DNA of 64,000 bases, taken from assembly GCA_963766715.1 (NCBI GenBank), contig CAVYBH010000013.1, forward strand, positions 96,001 to 160,000, in the 5' to 3' direction. The notes below the pieces were generated by a model. That model saw nothing but the letters and a program-made list of their open reading frames with translations, was not told the DNA's origin and ran no database searches. Origin of the DNA: an uncultured delta proteobacterium. Its GTDB lineage: Bacteria > Myxococcota > Myxococcia > Myxococcales > Anaeromyxobacteraceae. Below, piece by piece: positions 22,395 to 30,463 of the stretch; the stretch's first letter is position 1; each line of letters opens with the position of its first letter. A program made the position numbers and the translations under genes.

Positions 22395-23081
22395 GCGCGC
22401 GGGCCGGCTCCGGCGGCGAGCCCCAGGTCGCGGGCCTCCCGCTCGGCGCGGGGGACCTTCACCCGTCGCAGGTAGAGCCAGGCGGCGGCGAGTGGCAGGC
22501 CGAGTCCACCGTAGTAGACGGCGGGATCGAAGGAGCCCGCCCTCCCGGTGAGCGCCTTGTAGAGGAAGAAGGCCACCAGCGCCGCGATGGCCCACTGCAT
22601 CCGCCGCGCCCAGGCGAGGTTCGCCGTCACCATCTGCCGATAGGTCTCGAGCATCTCTCCCTGGTCGACGAGCGCGAGGAGGCGGCGCGACGAGTACCCC
22701 GCCACGAGCGCGACCAGCACGACCACGATGCCCATGGCCGGAAGCACCCGGAGCAATCCGCTCGGCCCGCAGCGCCGCCGGGGTGGAGATCCAGACCACG
22801 CCTGCGAGCCACGCAGCGGCGAGGACCGCGCCCATCAGCATGCGAAGGGAGCTCTGGACGCCTCCGCGGATGCCGCGCTCCACCCGTCCCCAGTCGACCT
22901 GCTCGACCGCTGCCCTCGCCTCGGTTCCCATGCGTGCCTCCGTCCGGCGCGCCGCGGCCTCGTAGGCCCGGCAACGCTCGCAGCGGGCGAGGTGCTCCTC
23001 GAGCGGGAGGCGCTCGGGGTCCCCGAGCGCACCGTGGAGCCGCTTCTCGATGGCGATCTCGAACTCTTCGCAGCCGGCCAT
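22391..23081 (-). CDS. Zinc-binding (zf-HC2) membrane anti-sigma factor (frameshift ~22755)
   Basis: CEEF...LEEHLARCERC (HxxxCxxC), about four hydrophobic segments, stop overlaps the sigma start. Confidence 0.78.
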
Positions 23082-23180
23082 CTCCACCTCGCCTTCGCAC
23101 CCTTCGTGCCGGAGGCCGGCGATACCTTCACCGCACGCCCCGAAAAGGGCAAGAGAGGCGGGGCCGTTTACCTAGCCGTG

Positions 23181-23218
23181 AAAAAGGAGAGGGGTCGAGC
23201 CTCTCGGTTCGACCCCTC
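23181..23218 (-). terminator. Intrinsic terminator after tRNA-Cys
   Basis: GAGGGGTCGA...TCGACCCCTC hairpin followed by CCTTTTT on the minus strand. Confidence 0.75.
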
Positions 23219-23226
23219 GCGGATTC

Positions 23227-23301
23227 TGGAGGCTCCGCCCGGATTCGAACCGGGGAATAAAGGTTTTGCAGACCTTTGCCTTACCACTTGGCGACGGAGC
23301 C
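23227..23301 (-). tRNA. tRNA-Cys(GCA)
   Basis: GGCTCCGTCGCCAAGTGGTAAGGC-AAAGGT-CTGCAAA-ACCTTT...GGTTCGAATCCGGGCGGAGCCTCCA. Confidence 0.96.
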
Positions 23302-23852
23302 GTCGTCGCCGGCGTTTGTAGCGGACGACCGACGCGGCGTCAACGACCGGCGCCCCTCCCCTCGGCGCACGGACACCGCGGCCCTCGCGACCCGGACGCC
23401 GCGCGCCCGCAGCGCGGCGACCAGGGCCGGGAGCTCGGCCTCGGCCAGGGGAGACAGCCCCCGCACCGCCTGGATCTGGACCTCCACGCCGGCGCGGACC
23501 TGATCGATCCGGACCTCGAGGCTCGGGCCCATCCGGAGGGTCACCGAGGCCGCCTCGCCGGATTTCACCAAAAGTACGATACGGTCGATGGCCCTGGCCA
23601 GGAGCGGCGTCCCGGCGGCCCGCGACATCGACTCGGAGCGCCCCGGCGAGACGATCTCGGCGAGGAGGGCGTCGACCGACCGGAACGCCCGAGGGTCTGC
23701 CCGGGGGTCCTCCTGCGGGACCGGGGCCCGCGGGCGCTCGGGCCGGCCCCTCGCGCGGCCCGCTCGAGCGAACCCGTGAAACCCTCGCCCCGGCTCCCGC
23801 GCCCGTCCTGCGCGCCCGCCGCCCCGCCTCCCCGCGTCGTCTCGATGCGCAT
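23281..23852 (-). CDS. Hypothetical protein with FliK/YscP-like (T3S4) C-terminal domain (probable frameshift ~23740)
   Basis: Low-complexity N-terminus, then ARAIDRIVLL...SVTLRMGPSLEVRI...VEVQIQA...AELPALVAALRARGVRV; family call is pattern-based. Confidence 0.45.
23315..23343 (-). promoter_or_regulatory. Sigma70 promoter of tRNA-Cys
   Basis: TTGACG-17 nt-TACAAA, the same -10 as the tRNA-Gln promoter. Confidence 0.7.
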
Positions 23853-23864
23853 CCGGGGACGGAG

Positions 23865-23881
23865 TGCAGGAGCGATGCCCG
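23865..23881 (-). promoter_or_regulatory. Putative sigma54 promoter
   Basis: CGGGCATCGCTCCTGCA (GG-N10-GC) about 13 nt upstream of ATG 23852. Confidence 0.5.
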
Positions 23882-23985
23882 GCGCGCTCCCGCACCGGCA
23901 AGGCCGCGCCGCACCGGCTGCGTCCGCGGGGCGGCCCTCCCGGTCCGTTTCCCCTCCCCCGTGCCTGGTCTAGACTCGCGCCCCC

Positions 23986-25545
23986 ATGCGACGCGCGGCC
24001 CTCCTCCTCTTCCTGCTCGCCCTCTACCTGCCCGAGCTCGGCAACTCGGCGTCGGGCACGCACCCGGACGAGGCCTGGCACCTGGGAACGAGCGCCGAGA
24101 TGCAGGCCAAGGGCGCCTGGCTCACCCCCACCATCGACGACGCTCCCAACTGGTTCAAGCCCCCGCTCCTCTACTGGTCGGAGCGAGCGGCCTACTCGAT
24201 CCTGGGCACCAACCTCTTCGCCGCACGCCTTCCCTCGGCGCTCGCCTGGGTGGCGACGTGCATGCTGCTCTACGCGCTCGGCAGGCGCATGTACGGCGAG
24301 AAGGCCGGGATGGCCGCGGCCCTGCTCTCCGCCACGACCTTCGGGTGGGTGAAGTACGCGCGCCTCGCCATGATGGACGCGCCCATGGCGCTCGGGCTCA
24401 CGCTGGCCGCCTACGGGACCTGGCGGGCCGCGGAGGAGGACGACCCGCCCTGGCTGCTGGCGGTGGGCGCCGGCGCGGCGATCGACTTCCTCCTCAAGGG
24501 GCCGGTGGGCGCGGTGCTCGTGCTCCTGATCTCGGGAGGCTTCCTGCTGGTGAGGAACCGCCCGCTGCTCCTCTCGAGGTGGACGGCCTGGGCCTTCCTC
24601 CTGGGCGCCGCGGTGGGCCTGCCCTGGTACGTGGCCTCCTTCGCGGTCCACGGCCGCGCCTTCTACGACTTCTTCGTGCTCGAGCAGAACGTCGGCCGCT
24701 TCATGCACCCGTGGACGGTGAGGGGAGAGGCCACCCTTCTCCTCGGCTTCCTGATCTTCGCGCTCCCCTGGACCTTCCTCGTTCCTGGGCAGCCTGCGCG
24801 CCCTCCGGAGGTGGCGGGAGCCCGGCGTCCTCCTCCCGCTGGCGTGGGTGGCGGCGGTGCTCGTGACCTTCACGATCCCCTCGCTCAAGTGGCCGCACTA
24901 CGGGCTCACGGCCCTCCCCGGCGCATTCCTGCTCGCGGCCAGCGCCGCGCCCGCCCGCTGGGCGCGCGTGGCCACCGGCGTCGCGCTCGCCGTCCTCGCC
25001 ACGGCCGCGATCCTGCTGCTCCGCTGGCCGCTGCCCTGGGTCCCGGCGCTCGCGCTGGCCGGCGCGGCGCTGGCCTTCGGCACCTCCTCGGTCCTGGCCT
25101 TCGGGGGACGCCTCGCCCCGGCGGCGGCCGCGGCCGGGCTGGCCTTCGGGCTGTCGTGGGCCTCTTCGTGCCCGGGGTGAACCCGCCGGCCCTGCCGCCG
25201 GAGGCGGTCCCGGCGGCCGCCGGCCGGACACTGTGGGTGTACGACACCACGCCCGGCCTCTTCACGCTGGCCGCCGGGCGCCCCGTCCACCGCGCGTGGA
25301 ACGAGATCGAGGCCGAGGGGGCGCTCACGACGGGCGGCGCCCTCATCGCCTCCGAGTCACAGATCGCGCTCCTCTCCGCCGGGATCCGGAGCCACCTGGT
25401 GACCCTGGCCGGCTGGCGGAGGATTCCCGGCTACCTGCCCGAGGAGCGCGCCTGGCGATCCTGGCGCGACCGGAACCCCGCGGAGGTCTACGAGTCGATG
25501 TCGCTCGTCGCCCTGCCGCCCGCATCCGGGGCACCCCTCCGGTGA
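23986..25545 (+). CDS. ArnT/PMT-family (GT39/GT83-like) membrane glycosyltransferase (frameshifts ~24785, ~25150)
   Basis: HPDEAWH, WFKPPLLYW, FAARLPSAL, LLKGPVG, many TM segments. Confidence 0.85.
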   Translation: MRRAALLLFLLALYLPELGNSASGTHPDEAWHLGTSAEMQAKGAWLTPTIDDAPNWFKPPLLYWSERAAYSILGTNLFAARLPSALAWVATCMLLYALGRRMYGEKAGMAAALLSATTFGWVKYARLAMMDAPMALGLTLAAYGTWRAAEEDDPPWLLAVGAGAAIDFLLKGPVGAVLVLLISGGFLLVRNRPLLLSRWTAWAFLLGAAVGLPWYVASFAVHGRAFYDFFVLEQNVGRFMHPWTVRGEATLLLGFLIFALPWTFLVPGQPARPPEVAGARRPPPAGVGGGGARDLHDPLAQVAALRAHGPPRRIPARGQRRARPLGARGHRRRARRPRHGRDPAAPLAAALGPGARAGRRGAGLRHLLGPGLRGTPRPGGGRGRAGLRAVVGLFVPGVNPPALPPEAVPAAAGRTLWVYDTTPGLFTLAAGRPVHRAWNEIEAEGALTTGGALIASESQIALLSAGIRSHLVTLAGWRRIPGYLPEERAWRSWRDRNPAEVYESMSLVALPPASGAPLR

Positions 25546-25617
25546 CGGATCCCGGCGGGGTCTCGAAGACCCAAAAGGACCCTGTCACTCTCCCCGTGAA
25601 TTGATACACGTAGAGTC

Positions 25618-25827
25618 ATGGATCTGCTGACACGCTTCGCGACCAACGTTCGCCGCCTTCGCGAGAAGAAGAAGCTCTCCCAGAAGGCCCTCGCCGACAA
25701 GGTGGGGATCTCGGTGTCCTACGTGTCGATGCTGGAGCGCGGCCAGCGCTCGCCGCCGCTCGAGACCATCGAGAAGATGGCCAAGGCGCTCGGCGTCCCG
25801 CCCGCCTCGCTCCTGGCCGGCCGGTAG
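25618..25827 (+). CDS. XRE-family helix-turn-helix regulator
   Basis: NVRRLREKKKLSQKALADKVGISVSYVSMLERGQRSPPLETIEKMAKAL. Confidence 0.92.
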   Translation: MDLLTRFATNVRRLREKKKLSQKALADKVGISVSYVSMLERGQRSPPLETIEKMAKALGVPPASLLAGR

Positions 25828-25891
25828 GAACGCGGTCGTCGCATCGCCCGGCGGCCGCCCCGGCCCGCCTCGCCCCTCCCCTGCCCGGCGC

Positions 25892-26414
25892 TCAGCGCCC
25901 CAGCGTCTTCGCGCCGGGGCGCCAGTCCACCGGGCACTTCTCCCCCGTCTGCAACGCCTCGAGGACGCGCAGCGTCTCCGACACCGACCGGCCGATGGCC
26001 GTGTTGTGGTAGCAGGCGTACTGCACGATGCCCTGCGGGTCGATGACGTAGGTCGCGCGCGTGGCGATCCCCTTGTCCTCCAGCAGCGCCCCGTAGTCGC
26101 GCGCGATCCGCTTGGTGATGTCGGCGACGAGCGGGATCTGCAGCTCGCCGAGGCCGTTCTCGATCCACGCCTTGTGCGAGTACTGGGAGTCGACGGAGCA
26201 CCCCAGCACCTGCGCGCCCAGGGCCTCGAACTCCCGCGATCGCTTGGAGAACTCCAGGATCTCGGTGGGGCAGACGAAGGTGAAGTCGAGCGGGTAGAAG
26301 AAGAGCACCACCCATTTGCCCGCGGTAGGCGGAGAGGGAGACCTCCACCAGCTCGCCCTTCCCGGTGGCGGCGGGTGCGGTGAAATCGGGGGCCTTCTCG
26401 AGCACGGTGACCAT
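25892..26414 (-). CDS. ahpC: Peroxiredoxin, AhpC/Tsa family (frameshift ~26320)
   Basis: FFYPLDFTFVCPTE and GEKCPVDW. Confidence 0.9.
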
Positions 26415-26465
26415 GCGAACCTCCTCGGTCGGGGGCCGCTCGCATAGCCGGGAACCGGCGACGGA

Positions 26466-27203
26466 TCAACGTCCGCTGGCCTGGACCTCGCCGGGCGGCG
26501 TCGCGCCCGCCTTGACCGAGCGCGACGTGTCGATCGCCTCCTCGGCGAGCTGGAGGGTGCGGGCCATGGCGCGCCGCGCCGCCTCCTGGTCACTGACGGT
26601 GAGCGCGTAGCGCGGGAGCATGCGGCGTCCGAAGTCGAGGTGGCGGGCCTCGTCGGGACCGATCACCTCGCGGCAGATCCGCGCCGTCTCGGCGTCGCCG
26701 CGCGACGCGCTCAGCTCGGCGAGCAGGCCGTTGCGCAGCCGGCCCACCCCTTCGCGCACGATGCCGGCGGCCAGCCGCTCGGCCGGCGTCTGGAGCCCGC
26801 GGAGGTACCGGAACGCAGGGCTGTGCGCCCGCGTGCGCGGGTCGGCGGTGGGGTCGCCTCCCAGCTCCCGGATCCGGTCGGCCATGAGACGGAAGTGGCT
26901 GGCCTCGTCTCCCACCTGGAGGGCCAGCCCCAGCTTGAGCTCGAGATCCGGCTCGTCGGTCATCCAGAGGGCCGCGACCTCGGCCGCCTCGATCTCGTCC
27001 CGGAGCGCCGTGGAGAGGAGCTCCAGGACCGGGAAGGCCGGCGGGAGCGCGGCGCGGGCCTGCTCGCCCAGGCGCGCGAGGGAGCGCAGGAGATCCCGGT
27101 CCATCTCCACCACGAAGCCGGCGGGGTCGAGCGCGACGCCGCGCGCATGCGAGGAACCCTCGGGGTCCACGGGCGAGGCGAGCGGGATGGCCGGGGCGCG
27201 CAT
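26466..27203 (-). CDS. Ferritin-like di-iron domain protein
   Basis: EIEAAE, DEASHF, RE, DEARHL di-iron ExxH pattern. Confidence 0.78.
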   Translation of the reverse strand: MRAPAIPLASPVDPEGSSHARGVALDPAGFVVEMDRDLLRSLARLGEQARAALPPAFPVLELLSTALRDEIEAAEVAALWMTDEPDLELKLGLALQVGDEASHFRLMADRIRELGGDPTADPRTRAHSPAFRYLRGLQTPAERLAAGIVREGVGRLRNGLLAELSASRGDAETARICREVIGPDEARHLDFGRRMLPRYALTVSDQEAARRAMARTLQLAEEAIDTSRSVKAGATPPGEVQASGR

Positions 27204-27287
27204 GACCTATACCCATACAGGGACCTGTGCGGCGCGGTAGTCCCTCGTGCGGGGGGACCCCCATCCGTCCACCCGGGACGCCCTGCG

Positions 27288-27776
27288 TCAGCGGGGCAGG
27301 CGGGGGGGACGCGAGGCCAGCCGGCGGGCCCGGCGCGCATGGGCCTCGCGCTCCCGCGCGAGCTCCTCGTCGGAGGACGCGAGCACCTGGGGAACCGCCG
27401 CGGGCCGGTTGTCCTTGCCGAGGGACACGAAGGTCAGGAAGCCGTCGCAGCACCGGCGGCGGACGCCCGTGTCGGGGTCCTCGTCGAAGACCTCCACCTC
27501 CACCTCCATGGACGATCCGAAGGCGGCGTTCACGCGTGCCGTGAGGATGGCGACGTGGCCGAGCCGGACCGGAGCCTGGAAGGTGAGCTCGTCCATGGCG
27601 GCGGTGACGACCGGGGTCCGGGCGTGCCGCCGCGCGGCCATGGCGCCCGCCAGGTCCATCCACTGCACGATGCGTCCGCCGAAGACGGTGCCGAGGTTGT
27701 TCGCGTCGGTGGGCATGGCGAGCTCGGTCATCTCGACCCGGCTCTCCGAAACGGGCTTGCGGGGCACGTCGGTCAT
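27288..27776 (-). CDS. Acyl-CoA thioesterase (hotdog fold)
   Basis: PTDANNLGTVFGGRIVQWMD, AFGSSMEVEV. Confidence 0.9.
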   Translation of the reverse strand: MTDVPRKPVSESRVEMTELAMPTDANNLGTVFGGRIVQWMDLAGAMAARRHARTPVVTAAMDELTFQAPVRLGHVAILTARVNAAFGSSMEVEVEVFDEDPDTGVRRRCCDGFLTFVSLGKDNRPAAVPQVLASSDEELAREREAHARRARRLASRPPRLPR

Positions 27777-27853
27777 CCGGCCAATGTAGCGTGGATCCGG
27801 GGGTTCGCCGCGCCCCCCTTCCCGGCAGGTGCCGGGGAATGTTATCGGGGCGC

Positions 27854-28672
27854 ATGCCGCTCGAGGTCATCCTCATCGACTGGGCCCGCGACCCGCTCCA
27901 GAAGCTCTACGGCGCCTACCGCACCTGCTACAGCCCCAAGACCCCTGGCGAGGTCTGGAGCGAGATCCACGACGGGACCATCTCGCCGGAGAAGATCCGC
28001 GGCTTCATCGCCGAGCGGCTCAAGACCGGCCACGCCTCGCCCCTCGAGCAGGTGGTGTTCTGGTTCGGCATCAGCGGCGTGTCGCGCTCCCTCTCCCACC
28101 AGTTCGTGCGCCACCGCATCGGGATCAGCTTCGAGCAGCAGTCGCAGCGGTACGTGAAGTTCAAGGAGGACCGGCTCGAGTACGTTCGCCCGCGGACCTG
28201 GGACAAGGCGGGCCTCGGCGACGAGTACGACCGGCTCATGGCCGAGGTGACGAGGGTCTACCTCCGCGCGCTCGAGAAGGGCATCCCGGCGGAGGACGCC
28301 CGCTTCGTCCTCCCCAACGCCGCGCCCACCAACTTCCAGGTGATGGTGAACTTCACGGAGCTCCTGCACATCGCCGACCTCCGGCTGTGCTGGCGCGCGC
28401 AGTGGGAGATCCGGCACATGGTGGCGCTCATGCGGCGGGAGGTCGTGAAGGCGGTTCCCGAGCTGGGTGGCCAGCTGCAGCCCAAGTGCGGCGACCGGCG
28501 CATGGGCTACTGCGACGAGCCGCTCGACGAGTGGAAGCGCTGCCCCATCGGCAAGGTGCGTCCCCACAAGGAGCAGCTCTTCGAGATCCTCGAGCAGCAC
28601 CGGCACGGCTCGGCGGTTCCGCTCACCGAGAAGGACATCCGCGAGGTCGAGGACGCGGGCAACGAGGGCTGA
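27854..28672 (+). CDS. thyX: FAD-dependent thymidylate synthase
   Basis: GHASPLE, SHQFVRHRIGISFEQQSQRYV (RHRx7S), EDARFVLPNA, AQWEIR. Confidence 0.93.
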   Translation: MPLEVILIDWARDPLQKLYGAYRTCYSPKTPGEVWSEIHDGTISPEKIRGFIAERLKTGHASPLEQVVFWFGISGVSRSLSHQFVRHRIGISFEQQSQRYVKFKEDRLEYVRPRTWDKAGLGDEYDRLMAEVTRVYLRALEKGIPAEDARFVLPNAAPTNFQVMVNFTELLHIADLRLCWRAQWEIRHMVALMRREVVKAVPELGGQLQPKCGDRRMGYCDEPLDEWKRCPIGKVRPHKEQLFEILEQHRHGSAVPLTEKDIREVEDAGNEG

Positions 28673-28958
28673 CCTCCACCTTCCGGGTGGGTCGAGGCCA
28701 CCCAGCAGATTTGCTTTCGCTCAAGTTCGGATTCTGCTAGAAGAGTCTGGTCCCTCCTGTTTTGGCGCTTGGGCGCAGCAGAAGGGATACACCGGTCAGC
28801 TCCCCGCTGGTCGTCGGACAAAGGGTCCGGCGCGCGGGTGAGTGGACCGAAAGCCGGTAGCCCGAAAAGAAGCCGCAACTGGTTCATTCCGGGAAACCGG
28901 TCCAGCAAACGGTGAAGGACGCCCGCGGTGAATCGAACCCGCGGCGCGCAGGGACCGC

Positions 28959-30338
28959 ATGACGGACAACGAAGAGACCCCGACACAGGGCGGCGACGCT
29001 TCCAGCGCCCCGCCTCCCCAGCCCTCGCAGGACCAGCAATCGGCCGCCAACCAGGGCGAGCCGGGTAACGGCGCACCCGGACAGGGAGGTCGCCGCCGCA
29101 GGCGCCGCCGGGGTCGCCGGGGCCGGGGCGGCCAGCCCGGCCAGCCGGGCGGCGCCCCGCCGCAGGGAGGCAACGTCGCTCCTCAGGGGGCCGGAAACGG
29201 CGCCGTCGCCGCCATGCCTCCGCCCCCGCAGGGGCAGCCGGAGGTCATGGAGGAGGTCGAGGGGGTGCTCGACTTCGAGGGCAAGGGGCAGGGCTGGCTC
29301 CGCGACCCCAAGCGCAGCTACATCCCCCAGAGCTTCGACGTCGAGGTGCCGCGCTGGCTCATCGACCGCATGCACCTGCAGCCCGGCCACCTCGTGAAGG
29401 GGCAGGCCGCGGTGAGGGGCGTGAAGCGGATCCTCCAGAAGGTGGATCTGCTCGAGGGTACGGAGCCGCTCGCCGTCGTGCGGCGCACCGCCTTCACCAA
29501 CCTGACCGCGACCGATCCGACCGAGCGGCTGGTCATGGAGACCCGCCCCGACGAGATGGTCGGCCGGGTCCTCGACCTCGTCTCCCCCATCGGCCTGGGC
29601 GCCCGCGCCCTCATCACCTCGCCTCCCAAGGCCGGCAAGACCATCATGCTGCAGCGGATCGCCCAGGCGATCCACGCCAGCCGTCCGGACGTGCACCTCA
29701 TCGTGCTGCTCGTCGACGAGCGCCCCGAGGAGCTCACCGACATGCGCCGCAACGTGAAGGGCGAGGTCTGCGGCTCCTCCAACGACCGTCCGGCCGAGGA
29801 GCACATCCACACCGCCGAGATGGCCATGGAGCGGGCCAAGCGCCTCGTCGAGGGGGGCAAGGACGTCGTCATCCTGCTCGACTCGATCACCCGGCTCGCG
29901 CGCGCCTACAACCGCGAGATCGAGTCGTCGGGCCGCACCTTGACGGGCGGCGTCGACAGTCGCGCGCTGGAGCGCCCCAAGCGACTCTTCGGCTCGGCTC
30001 GCAAGGCCGAGGAGGGCGGCTCGCTCACCATCATCGCCACGGCGCTCATCGACACCGGCAGCCGGATGGACGAGGTGATCTTCGAGGAGTTCAAGGGCAC
30101 CGGCAACATGGAGGTGGTCCTCTCCCGGCAGCTGGCGGAGCGGCGCATCTTCCCGGCCATCGACATCGGCGCGTCCGGCACCCGCAAGGAGGAGAAGCTC
30201 TTCTCCGGCAAGCAGATCGAGAAGATCCGCAAGCTCCGCGGGGCGCTGGCCTCGCTGAAGCCGGTGGAGGCGATGGAGCGGCTCCTGAAGAAGCTGACCG
30301 AGTTCGAGTCGAACGACGACTTCCTGAACAGCTTCTGA
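28959..30338 (+). CDS. rho: Transcription termination factor Rho with low-complexity N-terminal extension
   Basis: SPPKAGKT, LLVDERPEE, LLDSITRLARAYN, IFEEFKGTGNME, SGTRKEE. Confidence 0.95.
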   Translation: MTDNEETPTQGGDASSAPPPQPSQDQQSAANQGEPGNGAPGQGGRRRRRRRGRRGRGGQPGQPGGAPPQGGNVAPQGAGNGAVAAMPPPPQGQPEVMEEVEGVLDFEGKGQGWLRDPKRSYIPQSFDVEVPRWLIDRMHLQPGHLVKGQAAVRGVKRILQKVDLLEGTEPLAVVRRTAFTNLTATDPTERLVMETRPDEMVGRVLDLVSPIGLGARALITSPPKAGKTIMLQRIAQAIHASRPDVHLIVLLVDERPEELTDMRRNVKGEVCGSSNDRPAEEHIHTAEMAMERAKRLVEGGKDVVILLDSITRLARAYNREIESSGRTLTGGVDSRALERPKRLFGSARKAEEGGSLTIIATALIDTGSRMDEVIFEEFKGTGNMEVVLSRQLAERRIFPAIDIGASGTRKEEKLFSGKQIEKIRKLRGALASLKPVEAMERLLKKLTEFESNDDFLNSF

Positions 30339-30463
30339 CCCACCAGCCGGCCCGCCGGGGGCGCTCCGGAGACCATTCCGGGGTGCGCCTGTCGGCCGCG
30401 GGCTGGCGTCGGGGCGGCGAGGGGATATGATCCCCCTTTGCCGCCATCACCGGGAGGTAGGGA

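Noticed and set aside
21790..23145. Shared ECF promoter (GTGAA...TCCGG...ACG) upstream of the cytochrome c and anti-sigma genes
   Set aside because: Spacing between the sub-motifs differs between the two sites; too weak to support
25618..25827. XRE protein as a restriction-modification controller or antitoxin
   Set aside because: No methyltransferase, nuclease or toxin gene adjacent
28900..28930. c-di-GMP-I (GEMM) riboswitch suggested by GCAAAC...GGACGC
   Set aside because: Lacks the GAAA-capped P2 stem between these motifs and the following GCAAAGC; kept only as a generic structured leader
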